A DNA stretch of 64,000 nucleotides from a bacterium (GCA_013360215.1 JABWCP010000004.1:1-64000); one strand, 5' to 3'; counted from the first letter of the stretch, positions 1 through 9,144 are shown. The notes: generated from the letters alone by a model not told the origin. Translations and numbers: made by a program.

Positions 1-1045
1 GCTACCAATCAACAACTTGATCGTCGAATCCGTAGCACGCAATACACCCTGATTCATCGTAAACGATGTCGTAAAACGTATCGGCGCTTTTACCAATAAG
101 GTCGAGCTTGTACTATTCAGTGTCGCACTTCCTAATATCAACGAATCACCCGTAAGCACCTGCACACTTCCGCCGCTCATTGCAAGCGTGGAACCAATAT
201 TCAACAATGTCCCCGCTGTACCATTGAACAACAATGTCCCGTTTGATGCCGTCGTCGTCCCTGTAATATTATATGTTCCTTGTATGGTTCGGGTGCCGCC
301 GGTTGTTACTGTGGTTACATTACCAGCCCCTGTAATGGAGGAATTGGCATCAATCGTACACGATGTCCCATTGAGTTGTAGTGTTGCGCCTGAAGCGATC
401 GTTATGTCCGCATCCGTAGTAACTAATGCGCTGATAAAGGATGTCACACCGGTTTGAATATCTACAACCGACCCGCTATAAGAATAGAAATCCATCCCGA
501 CTTGAAACGAGTTAGCATTTGAAGAACGGCGAAATGTACCATAATTATTAACCCGTGAAGTCGCACCATTAAAGTGGGAAAGCTGAGGAAAACCCGTGCT
601 CGACTTACATTCAAACAGGCCATAGTTATTGATCACAAGACCTGAATCACCGGTCACGGCGTTGCTTGTATTGCCCGACCAATCAATCGTGCCATCATTT
701 ACTATCGTAACCCTCTGCAAGCGCAACGTGGACGTGGGATTAAGTGTGAGCGTCTGGCCGCTGCCGACCAATAACTTGATCGTCGAATCCGTCGCACGCA
801 ATACGCCTTGATTCATCGTAAACGATGTCGTAAAACGAATCGGAGCATTTACTAATAAGGTTGAACTCGAACCACTTAAAGTGCCGCTTCCTAAAATTAA
901 CGAATCACCGGTCAGCACTTGTAAGCTGCCGTTACCGATGGAGAGATTTGAACCGATATTGATCAATGTTCCGCTAGTGCCCCTAAACGCCAGCGTGCCA
1001 CCCGATGTTGTCGTAGTACCTGTAATATTGTAAGTACCGTTCATA
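1..1045. repeat. Internal coding repeat, period 759 bp (253 aa)
   Basis: 1-~290 aligns with 760-~1045; both encode ...QVLTGDSLILGS..L...SSTLLV.APIRFTTSFTMNQGVLRATDSTIKLL.GS. Confidence 0.85.
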
Positions 1046-1695
1046 TTCACGGTCGCATTACATGTCACATTTCCTGAGCCGGAGATCATACTTCCGGCGT
1101 CCAGCGTATGCGTACCGGAGCTATAATTCAATGTTGCGCCGGAAGAAATTAGGTATTTGCCCGCATATGCCGTATCCGTACCGCTAACATTAAGCGTACC
1201 ATTGGCGACAAATACACTACCATAATTGGTCAAACCACCGCTTATAGAGATAGAGGCGCTTGAAACATAAACGCTGTCATAGTTGACAATCTTTGGAGCA
1301 AAGGTAAACGACCCATTTGTCAATCGAATAGTACCATAATTAATTACAGAGGCGGCTGAATACGTACCTGCAATGCCCCACAAAACACCATTTGTGTTGA
1401 TAGTAATTGTCGAACTGTCAACAAGAACATTTCCCGGATTATAAAGCGTTTGTATTCCGGACGAACCACCAATAATAATCGCTTTTACGCCTGAATAATT
1501 TGCATTGTATGTAACAGTATAGTCTCCACTCAACGTAATATAAACCGTATCGCTTGAACCGGGAATGGCATTTTCCAACCAGTTGGACGCGGTACCCCAA
1601 TTTCCACCGGATGCGTTATTCCATGTTTTTGTACCCGCCAATGTGGTAAATCCGACAGAAAGCATGAGTAGCAGCTTCAGTAAGGCTGATCTCAT
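1..1695 (-). CDS. 5' part of a large secreted/surface repeat protein (beta-helix/adhesin-like, Ser/Thr/Gly-rich); runs off the left edge of the window
   Basis: Absent from the ORF track because it has no stop in the window. Manual translation from ATG at 1695 (AGGAGG RBS upstream) gives MRSALLKLLLMLSVGFTTLAGTKTWNNASGGNWGTASNWLENAIPGSSDTVYI..., a signal peptide plus a W-x-G-x-W-x4-NW-x4-P adhesin-type motif, open to position 1. Confidence 0.8.
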   Translation of the reverse strand, partial: MRSALLKLLLMLSVGFTTLAGTKTWNNASGGNWGTASNWLENAIPGSSDTVYITLSGDYTVTYNANYSGVKAIIIGGSSGIQTLYNPGNVLVDSSTITINTNGVLWGIAGTYSAASVINYGTIRLTNGSFTFAPKIVNYDSVYVSSASISISGGLTNYGSVFVANGTLNVSGTDTAYAGKYLISSGATLNYSSGTHTLDAGSMISGSGNVTCNATVNMNGTYNITGTTTTSGGTLAFRGTSGTLINIGSNLSIGNGSLQVLTGDSLILGSGTLSGSSSTLLVNAPIRFTTSFTMNQGVLRATDSTIKLLVGSGQTLTLNPTSTLRLQRVTIVNDGTIDWSGNTSNAVTGDSGLVINNYGLFECKSSTGFPQLSHFNGATSRVNNYGTFRRSSNANSFQVGMDFYSYSGSVVDIQTGVTSFISALVTTDADITIASGATLQLNGTSCTIDANSSITGAGNVTTVTTGGTRTIQGTYNITGTTTASNGTLLFNGTAGTLLNIGSTLAMSGGSVQVLTGDSLILGSATLNSTSSTLLVKAPIRFTTSFTMNQGVLRATDSTIKLLIGS

Positions 1696-2040
1696 ATATC
1701 TTCCTCCTATGATAAAGGCGACGTATTATGTAATAAAAAATATATTAAACGAACCTTGAGAGATGCCTACAAAGTCGCCCTAACTGATCGTGAAATCCAT
1801 CCCATAAAGATGGGATATACAAGCCAGACATTGAAGAATAGAACTGATGAGGCAAGAACCGATAAAACTTAACTTATAGTTTATACCAAGGCAAAGAAAA
1901 TGGCATGCTCTACTGAAATACGTATTTCTATGTATAGTCCGATTTTCGTGCTTTTTAAAACAAAAAAACTTAATATTTACAGCGTTTACGATATGGTTCT
2001 GTCGTAAATAAACACATACCACATTTCAGGAGAATATCCC

Positions 2041-2541
2041 ATGCGTTTAGTATGGTTGTTTTTGATCACGGTTACTGTACCGATATATGGCCAACTCGAT
2101 ACGACAGAACAAAGCCAAACTAAAACACGCATGGCCGTAGTACCATTTAAAAACAATACCGGTTCAAAACAATTTGAAATTATCACGGCAGGTATCGCTG
2201 AAAGCATAACCACCGCGCTTTCAGGCTCAGGAAAATTTGATTTTGTCGAACGCTTGCAGGTAGATAAAGCCCTGTCGGAACAGGATTTTCAGATGACAGA
2301 TCTCGTGGATTCCAAAACCGTGCAGTCTATGGGTGCTATTCTCGGCGTGGAATACATCATTATCGGCGACTTACAAAAAATCGGCACTCGATTTCGTATC
2401 AATGCGCGCCGCATGCGTGTAAGCGACGGCAAACTGGCGGAATCGGCCAGCGCTTCCGGTGAAGAGGATGATTTGTTTGATATGCAGGATGAAGTCGCAG
2501 AAAAGCTGATCGAACAGTTTGAACAGCATAATGAAAAATAA
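2041..2541 (+). CDS. Exported CsgG/HfaB/FlgO (TolB-N-like) domain protein
   Basis: Signal peptide; motif MAVVPFKN...GIAESITTAL...FDFVER.QVDKALSEQ...GAILGVEYIIIG. Confidence 0.75.
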   Translation: MRLVWLFLITVTVPIYGQLDTTEQSQTKTRMAVVPFKNNTGSKQFEIITAGIAESITTALSGSGKFDFVERLQVDKALSEQDFQMTDLVDSKTVQSMGAILGVEYIIIGDLQKIGTRFRINARRMRVSDGKLAESASASGEEDDLFDMQDEVAEKLIEQFEQHNEK

Positions 2542-2548
2542 CGTCTAT

Positions 2549-3646
2549 TCAGCTTTTCATTCGCAAAAAAATCAACAACGATAAAACGCCGAACACCGAA
2601 TTACCCAACCACGCCGCCGTGACTGGATCCATGGATTGATTGTATCCCATAAAACGACCGGTTTGTATTACACTCCAGTACGCCAAACAGATAACCAACG
2701 TAAAAAAAATATTTATCCCTGCGCCGCTTTTTTTACGTGAGGCTGCCAGCGGAGCGCCAAAAAGTACCATAAAAAAACAGGTAAGAGGGTATGCAAACTT
2801 AAGCTGATAGTCCGTTTCCCAGCGTTCCGTCTGTGCACCGCCGCGTTTGAGTTTGCTGATAAAATCTCTCAGTTCGATAAAATTCATCTCATCCGGATTT
2901 TGCTCTCTGCGCAGGATATCATTCGGATCAAAAAAAAGATCGTGTTTGGCCAGTGTGGGATGTTTGATCACCGTTTCCGTGCTATCGGTAAAACGCCTTT
3001 CGACGACATCGCGCAGCATCCATGCCGCTTCCGTACTATCCCATGTCGCTTCACCCGCATCGATGCGAGATATGAGTTTGGTACCATAAAACTGCTGGAT
3101 GGACATGACGGAAATGATGCGATTTCGTTTGTCAAATTTGTCGATAAACACTTTGGTACCGCTTGGATCATAGATATGGATATCCGTACCAATCACCTTT
3201 CGATTAGCTGAAGCGCGTTCGACGTAGGATTTCCATATTTCCGATTTGGTAATATTGGCCGGAGGGACTATCGCCTCACTGATATAAAAATTAACTGCGC
3301 TGACCAACAGTGCGAGTACGATAATCGGAAACAGTACGCGATACAGACTTCGTCCGCCGGCTTTGATCGCCGTCAATTCGTTGAAACGCGCCAGGGAACC
3401 TATGGAAAAAAGACTGGCCAGCAAAATATCCACCGGCAAGGTGAGCGTGATGATGTGCGGAATAAAGTTAAGGTAATATTCGGCGATTATATTTCCGGGC
3501 ACTTTGCGGTCAATAAAACGGTCGGCGTTTTCGACATAATTAACCGCTACAAATATCGTCACCATTCCGGCAAGTGCGAAAAATAATACCGAAAGAAATT
3601 TTTTGATCAGATAACGATCAAGAATATTGATGCCGGGAAATCTCAT
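2549..3646 (-). CDS. lptG: LPS export ABC transporter permease, LptF/LptG family
   Basis: ILDRYLIK start, 3+3 TM layout, NELTAIKAGG.SL.R motif, C-terminal AAWLGN. The F vs G assignment is tentative. Confidence 0.85.
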   Translation of the reverse strand: MRFPGINILDRYLIKKFLSVLFFALAGMVTIFVAVNYVENADRFIDRKVPGNIIAEYYLNFIPHIITLTLPVDILLASLFSIGSLARFNELTAIKAGGRSLYRVLFPIIVLALLVSAVNFYISEAIVPPANITKSEIWKSYVERASANRKVIGTDIHIYDPSGTKVFIDKFDKRNRIISVMSIQQFYGTKLISRIDAGEATWDSTEAAWMLRDVVERRFTDSTETVIKHPTLAKHDLFFDPNDILRREQNPDEMNFIELRDFISKLKRGGAQTERWETDYQLKFAYPLTCFFMVLFGAPLAASRKKSGAGINIFFTLVICLAYWSVIQTGRFMGYNQSMDPVTAAWLGNSVFGVLSLLIFLRMKS

Positions 3647-3666
3647 ATGTGAATTGAAATCAGTTT

Positions 3667-5784
3667 TTATTCCACGATGGTAAAATCAACTTCGCGTTTA
3701 TCGCGGTTGACACGGGCAACTTTGATGCGAATCCGATCACCGAGACGAAACGTTGCTTTTCGCCGCTGACCGGTCAGGCGGTAATTTTTTTCGTCAAACA
3801 CATAATAATCGCCTTTGAGATCGCGCACATGGATAAGCCCCTCGATGAGGTATTGGGATATCTCAACAAAAATACCGTATTGGATCACACCGCTGACGAT
3901 ACCGTCAAATTCTTCGCCCAAAAAGCGTTCAATAAATTCCGCTTGTTTCACCTTGATGGAATCGCGTTCCGCTTCCGTAGCGACGCGCTCCCGATCGGAA
4001 CAATGCCGCGCCATTTCCGGCAGTTTGGATGACCACCAGGCGATTCGTTCACGCAACATACCCGCGTTATACTCTTTGAGCATGCGATGCACGATCAAAT
4101 CCGGATAACGTCGGATGGGTGAGGTAAAATGCGAATAATAATCAAACGCTAAACCGAAGTGGCCGATATTTTTATCGGAATATTCCGCTTTGGCCATGGA
4201 GCGAATTGCCACTTTTTCGATCAGATTGTCCTCTTTGGAACCTTTTACCGATTCGATCACTTTCTGCACGTGTTTGGGTGTAAGCAAGTCCATGGATTTA
4301 GGCAGGTGTGTCGCATGACCGAGCACCTTCATCAGATGTACAAAATTCTCAAACTTTTCTTTGACGGGTTTATCGTGTACGCGATACAGAAAAGGTAATT
4401 CATTTTTTTTGCCGCCGAGGCCGATATGTTTGCTGACATATTGATTGGCCAAAAGCATAAACTCTTCGATCAAACGGTGAGCATCCAAACGCTCTTTGCG
4501 GTAGCATTCCACCGGAATGCCGTTTTCGTCCAACTTGAATTTGGTTTCCGGTGTGTCAAAATCTATGCTGCCTTCCGCCATCCGTTTTTTAGTAAGCCGT
4601 TTAGACAAAGCATACGCATCGGTAACCGCTTTTTTCACTTCCGGTGAAAGATTATCCAAAGGTTTGCCTTCGATGACTTGTTGCACTTCTTCATACGTAA
4701 ACCGTCGTTTGCTGTGAATAACCGTTTCTACGACATCATAATCCACGACATGCCCTTTGGCATCAATTTCCATAAAACAACTGTACGTGAGTTTATCCTC
4801 ATGGGGCCGAAGGCTGCACAACTCGTTAGAAAGTTTTTCCGGTAACATCGGTGTCACTTGATCAACCAGATACGTACTTGTTCCACGCTTGTAAGCTTCC
4901 CGGTCAAGTGCGGTGTTTTCGCGTACATAATAACTCACATCTGCGATATGTACGCCGAGAAGGGTGTGTCCTTGCGGACCTTCATCTATGGAAATCGCAT
5001 CATCAAAATCTTTGGCATCAAAAGGATCTATCGTAAAAACCAGTGCTGCACGAAAATCCAACCGCCGTGCGATTTCATCATCCGGTATAGTTGCCGGGAT
5101 ACGCGCACACTCCGCTTCGACCGCTTCCGGAAAATCAAAATGAATATCGTGCTGTTTGACCACCGACAAGACATCGACGCCTTTATCGCCGGGATAACCG
5201 ATGATTTCTATGATGGCGCCTTCGGGATTCAACGAAGGATCGTCCCATTTTTCCAAGGAAACCACCACTTTTTGTCCGTGTTTGGCGCCATTGGTTTTTT
5301 CAGGAGCCACATAAATATCCCGACGCAACCGGCGATCGTCGGGTATGACTACAAAAAAATCTCCGGTACTGTCCACCGTGCCCACGATGCGCGTCCGTGC
5401 ACGTTCTACGATGCCGATGATTTCGCCTTCGGGCCGCTTACCGGTTCGTTTACGGAGATAGGGAATCATCATCACCGTATCTTTATTCATCGCGGTTTTG
5501 AGCCGGGACGGTGAGATGAAAAAATCTTCTTCATATCCTTCGACCGTTACAAAACCCTCACCGGCTTTATTAATCGAAAGTGTTCCCGTCAACGACACGG
5601 CACGGGCAAAATACTTGTTACCCTTTTTTCCGATAGACCCCGAAGCAACGAGTTTCTGCAATATACCGTGGGCCTCGTCGTGCTGATCCGCCCGTATATG
5701 CAGTTCACGAAGTATATCTTTGGATTTGAAAGAAGACTGCGCGTTACTCTGCAGGAATTGTAAAATTTTTTGTTCTGGCAACAA
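3667..5784 (-). CDS. rnr: Ribonuclease R
   Basis: RNB motifs TIDPFDAKDFDDA, HIADVSYYV and HFTSPIRRYPDLIVHR; N-terminal CSDs and C-terminal S1 domain. Confidence 0.97.
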   Translation of the reverse strand: MLPEQKILQFLQSNAQSSFKSKDILRELHIRADQHDEAHGILQKLVASGSIGKKGNKYFARAVSLTGTLSINKAGEGFVTVEGYEEDFFISPSRLKTAMNKDTVMMIPYLRKRTGKRPEGEIIGIVERARTRIVGTVDSTGDFFVVIPDDRRLRRDIYVAPEKTNGAKHGQKVVVSLEKWDDPSLNPEGAIIEIIGYPGDKGVDVLSVVKQHDIHFDFPEAVEAECARIPATIPDDEIARRLDFRAALVFTIDPFDAKDFDDAISIDEGPQGHTLLGVHIADVSYYVRENTALDREAYKRGTSTYLVDQVTPMLPEKLSNELCSLRPHEDKLTYSCFMEIDAKGHVVDYDVVETVIHSKRRFTYEEVQQVIEGKPLDNLSPEVKKAVTDAYALSKRLTKKRMAEGSIDFDTPETKFKLDENGIPVECYRKERLDAHRLIEEFMLLANQYVSKHIGLGGKKNELPFLYRVHDKPVKEKFENFVHLMKVLGHATHLPKSMDLLTPKHVQKVIESVKGSKEDNLIEKVAIRSMAKAEYSDKNIGHFGLAFDYYSHFTSPIRRYPDLIVHRMLKEYNAGMLRERIAWWSSKLPEMARHCSDRERVATEAERDSIKVKQAEFIERFLGEEFDGIVSGVIQYGIFVEISQYLIEGLIHVRDLKGDYYVFDEKNYRLTGQRRKATFRLGDRIRIKVARVNRDKREVDFTIVE

Positions 5785-6009
5785 GGTGTTTTCCGGTTAT
5801 AAACAACCACCCGATGGGAATATTCCATACAGGATAAGACATCAAATCAAACAGGAAAATATAAGGCGGAATAAAGGCTTACACTAATGTTTTTATTGAA
5901 ATCTGAATATCCACTGCTAAATTAAATTTACGTTTGTTTGAACGATAATCACCCGATTCAACTCCGCTTATTATGAATTGTAGATTAAGTTGATTCTTCT
6001 ACATTTTTA

Positions 6010-6081
6010 TGGACACCCACATGCGCGGGTGAGACAATACGCATCCCACTGATCTGTCGTTCCCGCAAAAGCGGGAACCCA
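6010..6081. repeat. REP-like palindrome doublet (TGTC-tagged units A and B) downstream of GIY-YIG copy 1
   Basis: tggacacccacatgcgcgggtgagaca (6010-6036) and tgtcgttcccgcaaaagcgggaaccca (6055-6081), the latter abutting the stop codon. Confidence 0.85.
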
Positions 6082-6369
6082 TCATATAACATCATGATAT
6101 AAGTCTTCCCACGTTGGGTTCATTTTTTCTATTAATTCGATCTTCCAGGCTCTTCGCCATTTTTTAATTCGTTTTTCACGAGTGATGGCTTCTCGTATGT
6201 CATTAAATTGTTCGAAATACACAAGCGTATGAACCTTATACCGTGAAGTAAATCCGGGAACAATTTCGTTTTTATGTTCATACGTGCGTCGTATTAGGTT
6301 ATTCGTCACGCCCGTATAGAGCGTACCGTTACGTTTGCTGGCGAGAATATATACGTAATATGATTTCAT
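6082..6369 (-). CDS. Stand-alone GIY-YIG nuclease family protein (copy 1)
   Basis: YYVYIL...TLYTGVTNNLIRR.YEH...LVYFEQF...EA..RE.RIKKW; differs from 37408-37695 at 4 of 95 aa. Confidence 0.92.
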   Translation of the reverse strand: MKSYYVYILASKRNGTLYTGVTNNLIRRTYEHKNEIVPGFTSRYKVHTLVYFEQFNDIREAITREKRIKKWRRAWKIELIEKMNPTWEDLYHDVI

Positions 6370-6398
6370 TGAAAAAATTTGATTCTATTCTTGTCTTG

Positions 6399-6490
6399 TG
6401 GACACCCGCGTTCGCGGGTGAGACAATGCCAGAGTCTTCTGTCGTTCCCACGCATGCCCCGAGCAAAGTCGAAGGGAAAGCGGGAACTCA
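6399..6490. repeat. REP-like doublet upstream of GIY-YIG copy 1; unit B interrupted by a nested ...gag-N-gtcgaaggg repeat
   Basis: tggacacccgcgttcgcgggtgagaca (6399-6425), then tgtcgttcccacg[catgccccgagcaaagtcgaaggg]aaagcgggaactca (6440-6490). Confidence 0.85.
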
Positions 6491-6541
6491 CAACCATCTG
6501 TAAGTATGTAGAAACTATAATGCCAATCCTCAGTACAAACT

Positions 6542-7135
6542 TCAATCCTTCACACAACGAATGGAAAACCCGTCACCTTTACTGTCCCTTTTCAGATAGG
6601 CACTGCGGGTAACACTGTAGACGGTCAGATTCAACGCGTGATCTGTATCGCTCTCCGACGAGGACCAGAAGTTAGCGATGCCGCCGAGGTAGTTGTAAGG
6701 GCCGTAGCGGTCTCGACAACCGCCGAACAAAACGTGAAATGAGCAATCGCTGGTCTTAGTTAATTCGGAATAGGCCCCCTCTCTGTCTTCTCCAATGAAT
6801 TTCAGCATTTGTTCGAACTCACTCTTGCTAGGCAAATGCCAGCCTTTCGGTACCGCTCTCTTGGCCGCTTCCCAAGTGTACAGCTTTCCGTATTTCGCAC
6901 AGTTGGATATCTTGTCGTCATAGCAGTATGTACCCTCGCCGGCATCATAGTTCAGATTTTTCGCCATCCAGACCTGATTGCCGATCTCCACGGTTTTGTA
7001 AGTTCTCCCGTCCCGCGGGTCAGTAAAACTGCCGATTTTTGACTCACTCTTTTTCGTCGCATTCAGAATCATATTCGCAGCGAATTCATAATTTTTGTTA
7101 TTCACCGCATCCACGAGCGTGATCTTGTCTATCAT
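6542..7135 (-). CDS. FISUMP (Fibrobacter succinogenes major paralogous) domain; C-terminal part of a frameshifted caspase-FISUMP gene
   Basis: FTDPRDGRTYKTVEIGNQVWMAKNLNY...YGKLYTW...PKGWHLPS...FWSSS...GFSIRCVKD; the frame stays open upstream to the 8-bp repeat at 7201-7227. Confidence 0.85.
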   Translation of the reverse strand: MIDKITLVDAVNNKNYEFAANMILNATKKSESKIGSFTDPRDGRTYKTVEIGNQVWMAKNLNYDAGEGTYCYDDKISNCAKYGKLYTWEAAKRAVPKGWHLPSKSEFEQMLKFIGEDREGAYSELTKTSDCSFHVLFGGCRDRYGPYNYLGGIANFWSSSESDTDHALNLTVYSVTRSAYLKRDSKGDGFSIRCVKD

Positions 7136-7170
7136 CAGCTTCTGATCGGCGCTGAAGAGAAGCGTCGCAT

Positions 7171-8814
7171 TCAGGTCAAGTATGGACTCGTTGGCACGAA
7201 GCGTCTTCGCGTCTTCGCGTCTTCGCGCTGTGCATAGATTTTGGAATTGACCGTATTCTGAATGGGATTCTTGTCGCAGGAATCTATTTCTTGCGCCTCA
7301 ATCACCGTGACCGGGAAATATCCGCCGTCCACATTGTATGTACCGAGTTTGACCGATAGGCGATCCTTGAAGACATTGTATTTCTTGGAGGTGATGGCCG
7401 CGACTTCGTCCAAGAAGGCTTTCTTGCTTCGCGCTTTAAGCACTTCGTATTCATCGTCAACCTGTTTACGCCTTTGGTTATTGTTATACAGCCGCGTATT
7501 ATATTCCTGCTGAGTTTCGAATTCGCCTCTCGGTGTCTCGTCCACCGCCAGCGTGATAGCTTTTTGTTTCTGCTCGTCGAAATCTATTTCTACTTTCGCC
7601 ATCTTATCCTGAAGTTCACCGATGCGTTCGATGGCTTGAAGAAGCGTTATGCCGTAGCCTATCGTTACCTGTTTTTTCTTTTCTTCTACGATTCGGGCGA
7701 GAAGCTCCTGCTTGCGTTTGTTTTCTTCTATAGTTTTTTTCTGCTCTTCCAACCGTCTTGCCTCTTCGATTTCGGCCAGTTTTTTCTTTTCTTCAAGCGC
7801 AGACATCTGAGCTTTGAGTTCTTGCTGTTTTTTCAGATTTTCCAATCTGGCTTTTTCGTTCTTCTGATCTTCGAGTTGTTTGTTCTGATTTTGCAGTAGG
7901 GCGAGTTCCTTGGCCAGTACGTCTTCGGAATTCACGTTCTGAGCGGCTTTGGTGATGAAGACAAAATCACCCTCGCCGAGTAGGTTGCCGAATTGCGGGT
8001 TTTGTTTATGATTGCGATCGACGGCGTCACTGAAAACCTTCTTTGGAATGTATAGTCCGAGTTCGGAGGCAGTGATGTAGTTTTCAGTCTGTTCGAGTTT
8101 TTCGATCAGGCGACCGGTGAAGACGGAATGGCCTTGAGGCCCGCCATCAAGCACCTGTTCGCTTTTGCCTCCGGCGGTGAGTACCTGTCGGACATTGGAT
8201 GCGGTGATGGACTTGAGGTAGCTGTAGTCCACAGTTTTTTCTTTGACTTCCGCACCGCGCTTGAGCAGAGTGCCGGAATAACAAGCATCCATCACATAAA
8301 AAATATGCTTGGCTTTCAGCGTCTTTGAGATGTTATCGCGCAATTCGACCATGGAGACGTTTTTATACATCGCATCGTCACTGAAAGAGCCATCGGATGG
8401 AATGATGAATCCGACGTCTTCGCCGCCGATGCCGTTTTGGGTATATCCGTGGCCCGCAAAGAATACAAAAATCGCATCGTCCGGACCTGTCTTCGACAGA
8501 TCGCCCTGAAGAGTTTTCAGAATACTCTCTTTCGTGGCGTTTTCATCATAAAGCTCATAGAATTTGTCGAAAACGAATTTGTCTGAAAGAAGTTTCTTTA
8601 TGCCTTTGGCATCACTGACGGCGTTTTTGAGTTGTTGATTGAAATCCAAATTCTTATAGCGGTCAATGCCGATAATGACCGCGTAGGTTTTCTGGTACAG
8701 TGTGAGTTCCTGTGGAATTCCCTTTTGGTCTTTAGCGATAAGTTTTAGACCGCGCGTATCCTGGGCAAAAGCCGCGTCGGACACAAGAAGAATCAGGAGT
8801 AAGAAACGATTCAT
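7171..8814 (-). pseudogene. Exported caspase-like (peptidase C14) plus coiled-coil protein, truncated by a frameshift before its FISUMP domain
   Basis: Signal peptide; YAVIIGID.Y, FFAGHG (catalytic His) and MDACYSG (catalytic Cys). Removing one 8-bp unit at 7201-7227 fuses it in frame to 6542-7135. Confidence 0.8.
7201..7227. repeat. 8-bp tandem repeat (gcgtcttc)x3 + gcg
   Basis: gcgtcttcgcgtcttcgcgtcttcgcg read directly. Confidence 0.95.
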
Positions 8815-8964
8815 GTCACCCCCCCCGTTTGAATTGAGTTAAAAACGATTTTGACTGATATTGTTTGGCTGATATTGTAGTATCAATTGGCTAAAATGTA
8901 AGCGATGAAATGGCTGATTTCAAAGGAATTTTCCATCGAAAGGAATAGTTAGGTTTGCAGCTAA

Positions 8965-9085
8965 TGGACACCCGCGTTCGCGGGTGAGACAATACCAGAG
9001 TCTTCTGTCGTTCCCATAACTTGCCCCAAGACCTCGGCGTGAGTCACGCCATAGGCGTGATCGAACGCCAGCCGAGAGAAAACGC
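8965..9085. repeat. Third REP-like doublet with multi-level nested palindromes
   Basis: 8965-9016 matches 6399-6450 at 51/52 nt; the nested ggcgtgag-tcacgccataggcgtga-tcgaacgcc is shared with 37261-37300. Confidence 0.88.
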
Positions 9086-9144
9086 TTGTCATTATAAATT
9101 TGATTCTTTGGTCTTGTCATTACAAATACGCGGTTCTTGATAAT

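Noticed and set aside
188-811. Plus-strand ORFs 188-457 and 629-811
   Set aside because: Antisense shadows of the large minus-strand surface-protein gene.
4858-5514. 218-aa plus-strand ORF and similar long antisense ORFs (38978-39598, 45054-45674)
   Set aside because: They lie wholly opposite well-supported genes and show no recognisable motifs.
6366-6612. ORFs 6366-6557 and 6379-6612 (and 8920-9255) sharing RRLW.CLTRERGCP
   Set aside because: The shared peptide is just the translated palindromic repeat; there is no RBS or protein-like composition.
6010-9085. REP doublets as a CRISPR array
   Set aside because: The units alternate in orientation, spacing is irregular with genes in between, and no cas genes are present.
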